NCBI GenBank assembly: GCA_046051965.1
Contig: JBJONG010000018.1
Coordinates: 13,094 to 77,093, forward strand
Source of the DNA: Verrucomicrobiota bacterium
GTDB lineage: Bacteria > Verrucomicrobiota > Verrucomicrobiia > Verrucomicrobiales > Akkermansiaceae
Direction of reading: 5' to 3'
DNA length: 64,000 nt
Under the pieces are notes generated by a model. It was not told the origin of the DNA and did no database searches. It saw nothing but the letters and a program-made list of their open reading frames with translations. Each line of letters starts with the position of its first letter. The stretch's first letter is position 1. Of this stretch, positions 59,519-64,000 are shown in pieces. A program made the translations under genes and the position numbers.

Positions 59519-60343
59519 ATGAAAACCATCCTCTCTTTCTTCGTCTTGCTCCTGCAAAGCGTCAGCATCGCATCGGCTCACGACACAACGACCACTCCTG
59601 ACAAGGGCGTCGGCATGAAGGTGCTGGTGTATTCGGATACCGGCTACTATCGCCATCCCGAAATCCCGGCGATCAATCGCTGGCTGGTGTTGCTTGGTCA
59701 TGAAAACGGCTTCGAGGTGGATGTTACCGAGCATTGGAAGGACATGCAGCCCGAGGTGCTCTCGAATTACGACGTGTTGATTCTGAACAATGCCAACGAA
59801 CTCGACAAAGTGCTGCCGGAGCCGCAGCGCAAGGCCGTGGAAGACTGGTTTGCCACGGGCAAGAAAGGGATCGTGGGGCTGCACGCCGCACTGGTGCACC
59901 AGAAGAATTGGCCGTGGTTGAATGCGCTCGGTGGCTGCGATTTCAATAGCGACTCGGACTTCAGCAAGGCCAGGGTCACGATCGATCCCGCAGCGAAGGA
60001 ACATCCCAGTGTCAAGGGGCAGCCGGCCGAGTTTTGGATCGAAGCCGACTGGACCAACCACGATGAATCCGTCACCGGAAAGCCTGGCTTCAATGTGCTC
60101 ATGCGGGTGGACGAGAGCACATACACACCGGTGCGCGAGTACTTCCAAACCCGCAACGGAAAGCCGATGGGCGCAGATCATCCCATCGCCTGGACGCATG
60201 AACCCGAAGGCGGCGGCCGTTTCTTCTACACCGAGTTCGGACACGATCTTCGCTCCCTTAAAACCCCCTTCGTGCGCCAACATATCCTCGAAGCCATCAA
60301 GTGGACTGCGCATATGGCGGTGCCGCTGGAAAAAACGAAGTGA
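59519..60343 (+). CDS. ThuA-like (class I glutamine amidotransferase-like) domain protein, secreted
   Basis: KVLVYSDTGYYRHPEIPA, GIVGLHAA, DHPIAW and GRFFYTEFGH; signal peptide. Confidence 0.88.
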   Translation: MKTILSFFVLLLQSVSIASAHDTTTTPDKGVGMKVLVYSDTGYYRHPEIPAINRWLVLLGHENGFEVDVTEHWKDMQPEVLSNYDVLILNNANELDKVLPEPQRKAVEDWFATGKKGIVGLHAALVHQKNWPWLNALGGCDFNSDSDFSKARVTIDPAAKEHPSVKGQPAEFWIEADWTNHDESVTGKPGFNVLMRVDESTYTPVREYFQTRNGKPMGADHPIAWTHEPEGGGRFFYTEFGHDLRSLKTPFVRQHILEAIKWTAHMAVPLEKTK

Positions 60344-60370
60344 CTCCGGATTTTGACTGCGGAGCAGAAA

Positions 60371-60390
60371 TATCCCTCGTTCGAGCGATA
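60371..60390. promoter_or_regulatory. Palindromic operator, copy 3
   Basis: TATCCCTCG-TT-CGAGCGATA, intergenic. Confidence 0.8.
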
Positions 60391-60528
60391 TGTTCTAACC
60401 GATTCAGGCACTAGGCTTTTCCTTCCGTTGTCGGAAGGAGACAATTTCCTGCATTCGCAGGCGAATGAGTGGTTTTCCTGCAAAGGATTTTCCCAGCGGA
60501 TCAAACCCACACCCAACGACGCACGAAC

Positions 60529-62976
60529 ATGCCTACCCGTTTCTCCAAACCCCAAAGATCGCCTCTTTTCGTAGATTCACTCCGTCGCTGGCTTCCATGG
60601 GTGAGTCTGCTCATGTTTGCCGCCTCCCTCCATGCCGCCGCGCCCCCGGATACCGTCCTCTCCGGCGAGCCGGTCACGTGGAATTCCTGGCAACCCGTCC
60701 GCGACGCCTCCGACATCAGCCGGAACGGCACCGCCGACCGCGCCTACTCCTTCGGCACGCATCCCGATCCGATTGAAATCGGCGGGTTGAAATTCCTCCC
60801 GTTCGCATCCCAGAAAAACGACACGGCACCCGGCTTCACCGAGTCTTCCGCCGAGCACGGCTCGTCTTCCGGCCCTTTCGCCAAGCTTCCCCCCGCGTAT
60901 CGCGATCTCCTGAAGGGCGCCGTCGGTGCAAAATCGGGTAAAGCTTCGCTGAAACTCACCCGCCTGCGCCCCGGGCAGTGGTATGAAATCCAGCTCTGGA
61001 GCAACGACTCCCGCCCGGAAGCCTGCGGATTCTCCCAACGCGTCAGCGGATCCCCGTTTCTCCATTTCCACCCCGGCGGCGCCGCGGACAAGCCCGCGCA
61101 GGACGGCAACCTCGGAACCCGCATCACCGCCATCTTCCTCGCCCGCGAGTCCTCACAAACCCTCGATTTCACCGCCGCCGCGCCTAAGGGGAAATCCCCT
61201 CGCTGCCTCATCAACGCCCTCCAGCTCCGTGCCATCCCCGCCCCGGATCCCTTGCTCGTCGCCTACAAACAACGCCGCCAATACGTCCTCAACAGCTACA
61301 TCGATGGCAAGGCCCGCTCGTCCTTCCGCTTCACCAACGTCTCCCTCGATTTCGCCACCGGACAGATCGAAAAAGCCCGCGCAAGCTCTCTCGCAGAATC
61401 CCGCTGGATGAAATCGAAGGGCTACACCTTCGATCTCTGGCCCGCCGTCGATATGTGCATCCGCTGGAAGCCTTATCTCCACGCCGAAACCCGCGAAAAC
61501 ATCCGGGGCCGCCTGAAAACCATCAACTACCGCACTCCCGGCACCGCCAACCTTTCCATGCTCGCATGGGTCATCCGCTACCTCGGCTCCGAGGAATTCG
61601 GCGAGGAATCCTTCGAGCACCCGAAAAACGACCGCAAGCCGGACGATCCGAACACCCGCAACACCCTCCGTGACCGCTTCATGGATCAGGCCAAGGAGGG
61701 CTGCCGCGAGTTCGCCTCCTCCGACTACGGCTGGCTCAACATCCTTCCCATGCTCACCGTCGCACAGCTCGCGAAGGATCCGGAAATGAAACGCACCGCG
61801 GAAGTTTCCTTCACCGCCTGCATGGCCCAGCTTGCTCCCGTTTGGCAAAAGGAAGGCTACATCGGCATCTGGTCCTCGCGGAATTACGAGGAACAGGGAG
61901 GGCACCTCGGCAGCCTTGGCCGCTACCTCTGGCTCTGCTTCGGATCCGGGCCGCGCTTCCGCCCGGACTACAAGGAATGCAAGGAAATGGGCCTCTTCGC
62001 CGCCATGGACTACGAGCCTTCCCTTTCCCTGCTCCACGCCGCCGCCGACCGGGATGCCGTCTATCTCTCCAGAAGCCGCGGCGATGGCTTCCAGTCCGCC
62101 TATGTATGGAAAGACGAGTTCATCCTCTTCAGCCATCAGGACAATCGCGCCGCCGGCAGCGGTTGGTGCTACGGATACGGCGTCCGCTGGAAGGGCATGA
62201 AAAATTTCTTCTCCCTCGTGAAACCCGCCACCGCCGATCAGAAAAAACTCCGCGCCGCCGCCAACCACGGGAAAATGGGACTCGATTTCGCCACCGTCCA
62301 ACACCGCGATGCCGTCCTCTTCGCCTTCGACATCAGCCACCCCGGCTCCCGCGATCCGCGCCACGCCATGGGCAATATCCCCGGCGGCCACCTCGCCATG
62401 TTTAACGACGCCGCCACCGAGGGCAGGATCTTTCTCCACTACGGCCCGGTGATGATCGCACTCAGCTCCGACGTGAAATTCCAGTGGGATCCGGCCAAAC
62501 CACCCCTGACCGCCCGCAGCAAACCCCAGCCCGGAGACTCCCAGATCCACATCGCAAGCCCGTCCTTCGCCGCACCCAGCCCCACCGACAACCGCTTCGC
62601 CATGGCCATGGAGGTAGCCCACCCCAGCGAATTCCCCGCCGCCACCCCGGAGGCGCAGCTCGCCGCCTTCCGCACCCTCATCCGGGCGAAAACGAAGGTC
62701 TCCCACACTCCCGGCACCACCCCCACCATCGGCCGCTACGTCACCCGCCGCGGCGATGTCCTCATCAAGCAAGCCCCCGATCCCAAACGCCGCAACATGC
62801 CCGCCAGCATCAACGGGAAAACCATCGATTACAAAAACTGGCCCATGCTCGAGAACCCGTGGATGAAACAGGACGCCCACGGCGGCCCCCTCACCATCAA
62901 CGGCGGCGGCCAGCAGACCACCCTCGACTTCAAGAACTGGACGATGAAGCACACCGCCGCGAAAGCTTCCCGTTGA
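60529..62976 (+). CDS. Secreted multidomain hypothetical protein (beta module + helical domain + beta-sandwich), possibly glycan-active
   Basis: Signal-like segment ending ASLHAA; module LTRLRPGQWYEIQLWSNDSR; host-like high-GC codon use; start uncertain (60529 or 60613). Confidence 0.7.
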   Translation: MPTRFSKPQRSPLFVDSLRRWLPWVSLLMFAASLHAAAPPDTVLSGEPVTWNSWQPVRDASDISRNGTADRAYSFGTHPDPIEIGGLKFLPFASQKNDTAPGFTESSAEHGSSSGPFAKLPPAYRDLLKGAVGAKSGKASLKLTRLRPGQWYEIQLWSNDSRPEACGFSQRVSGSPFLHFHPGGAADKPAQDGNLGTRITAIFLARESSQTLDFTAAAPKGKSPRCLINALQLRAIPAPDPLLVAYKQRRQYVLNSYIDGKARSSFRFTNVSLDFATGQIEKARASSLAESRWMKSKGYTFDLWPAVDMCIRWKPYLHAETRENIRGRLKTINYRTPGTANLSMLAWVIRYLGSEEFGEESFEHPKNDRKPDDPNTRNTLRDRFMDQAKEGCREFASSDYGWLNILPMLTVAQLAKDPEMKRTAEVSFTACMAQLAPVWQKEGYIGIWSSRNYEEQGGHLGSLGRYLWLCFGSGPRFRPDYKECKEMGLFAAMDYEPSLSLLHAAADRDAVYLSRSRGDGFQSAYVWKDEFILFSHQDNRAAGSGWCYGYGVRWKGMKNFFSLVKPATADQKKLRAAANHGKMGLDFATVQHRDAVLFAFDISHPGSRDPRHAMGNIPGGHLAMFNDAATEGRIFLHYGPVMIALSSDVKFQWDPAKPPLTARSKPQPGDSQIHIASPSFAAPSPTDNRFAMAMEVAHPSEFPAATPEAQLAAFRTLIRAKTKVSHTPGTTPTIGRYVTRRGDVLIKQAPDPKRRNMPASINGKTIDYKNWPMLENPWMKQDAHGGPLTINGGGQQTTLDFKNWTMKHTAAKASR

Positions 62977-63136
62977 AACAGGCATGTATAGTAAACGGCG
63001 GCACGCCCGTGCGAAGCAACCTTGGACTGCTGCAGTCCAGGGACTTCGTCTCCAAGCGCGCTCAAAGGCGCACTTGTCTTTGGCCGGATCCCCTAGGGCA
63101 ATCCGCCTTTTCCCCGGGATGTTCCCGCGCACGAAA

Positions 63137-63156
63137 AACCCCTCGTACGAGGGATA
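63137..63156. promoter_or_regulatory. Palindromic operator, copy 4
   Basis: AACCCCTCG-TA-CGAGGGATA, intergenic. Confidence 0.75.
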
Positions 63157-63240
63157 CCGGATTCCGCAGCATTCGACTAAATCTAATTCGCAGCGCGGAC
63201 TCATAACTCCGCTTCTCCAATCTCCACCAAAACAAACTAG

Positions 63241-64000
63241 ATGAAACCTCGCTACAATCCATTCCTCCGCATACAATACCTTGCAATGCTGTGCGCAGCA
63301 GCGATCCCCGCCACCGCCGGCACGCTCCAGTGGGATGCAAATGCCGGAACTACTGGCACTTCCGATGCGCCAGCCGCTTGGAACGGCGTTGACGCTCGCT
63401 GGTTGGACGGCTCCACAAACGTGGTTTGGGCGGATAACAGCGATGCCCAGTTCGGCACCGGCACCACGGGCACTGCGGGTGCCGTTACCATCGGCACAAT
63501 CGACCCTACCGTAAACAGCATCACTTTCAACGCGGCTTCCGGAGGAGGCAACTTCAACATCACCGGTCGCACAATCAACCTGCTCAACGCCAGCACGGAT
63601 ATCACAGCCAATAGCGGCGACCATACGATCACTTCGAGCCTCGCCGGTATCGGTAAGGGCATCAACAAAAAGGGCGCCGCACAAGTGCGTCTCGCGGGCG
63701 CCATCACATACACCGGAACCACGACCATCACCGCTGGCACCCTGCGCGTCAACAGCGGCGCGAACACCCTTTATTCCAGCACTTCCGGTTTCTCCATGGC
63801 CGGTGGAAGCCTTGTCATCAGCGCTGGCTCAACCCAAAACATCGCCAAGGATTTCACCTTTTCCAGTGCCAGCGGAGACATCACCACCTTTGATGGACTC
63901 GGTAATACCGGCCACGCACTTGGCGGCACGATGACCATCAACAACGGTGCCGTCATGGCCATCCGTCCTCGCAATGCAAACGCGGGAGCGACCATGGTCA
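63241..64000 (+). CDS. Autotransporter-associated beta-strand repeat (PATR) surface protein, 3'-truncated by the window edge
   Basis: Absent from the ORF track (no stop in window). ATG at 63241 gives MKPRYNPFLRIQYLAMLCAAAIPATAGTLQWDANAG..., with PATR GINKKGAAQVRLAGAITYTGTTTITAGTLRV. Confidence 0.88.
   Translation, partial: MKPRYNPFLRIQYLAMLCAAAIPATAGTLQWDANAGTTGTSDAPAAWNGVDARWLDGSTNVVWADNSDAQFGTGTTGTAGAVTIGTIDPTVNSITFNAASGGGNFNITGRTINLLNASTDITANSGDHTITSSLAGIGKGINKKGAAQVRLAGAITYTGTTTITAGTLRVNSGANTLYSSTSGFSMAGGSLVISAGSTQNIAKDFTFSSASGDITTFDGLGNTGHALGGTMTINNGAVMAIRPRNANAGATMV

Overview
A 64 kb GC-rich bacterial chromosomal window, most likely Verrucomicrobiota (Luteolibacter/Haloferula-like). 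This is inferred from a PilX-like 'Verru' protein, autotransporter-repeat proteins, a NarL-type two-component pair and gene style. It holds scattered housekeeping genes (lnt, rimK, rplI, add, trmD, msrA) and an ABC-transporter-dependent capsule cluster (kpsS, OPX, kpsM/T/E, GT4, kpsC, GT4). It also has a TerB/FHA-ABC fusion, a mosaic of REP-like palindromes, a truncated integron integrase and a RAYT-type Y1 transposase. A Schlafen/AlbA_2 gene splits the TIGR03916/TIGR03915 DNA-repair pair. The two strongest candidates for an undescribed system are (1) a lower-GC island with a 1993-aa DUF1998 SF2 helicase carrying a C-terminal PLD/MIT_C-like tail, a ~1250-aa unknown partner, and a divergent LysR with a perfect T-N11-A palindrome; and (2) a surface/glycan-type cluster after a two-component system, where one 20-bp palindrome (TATCSCTCG-TW-CGAGSGATA) recurs in four intergenic regions. 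All family calls come from motif recognition by eye; no database searches were run. No rRNA, tRNA or CRISPR array was recognised.
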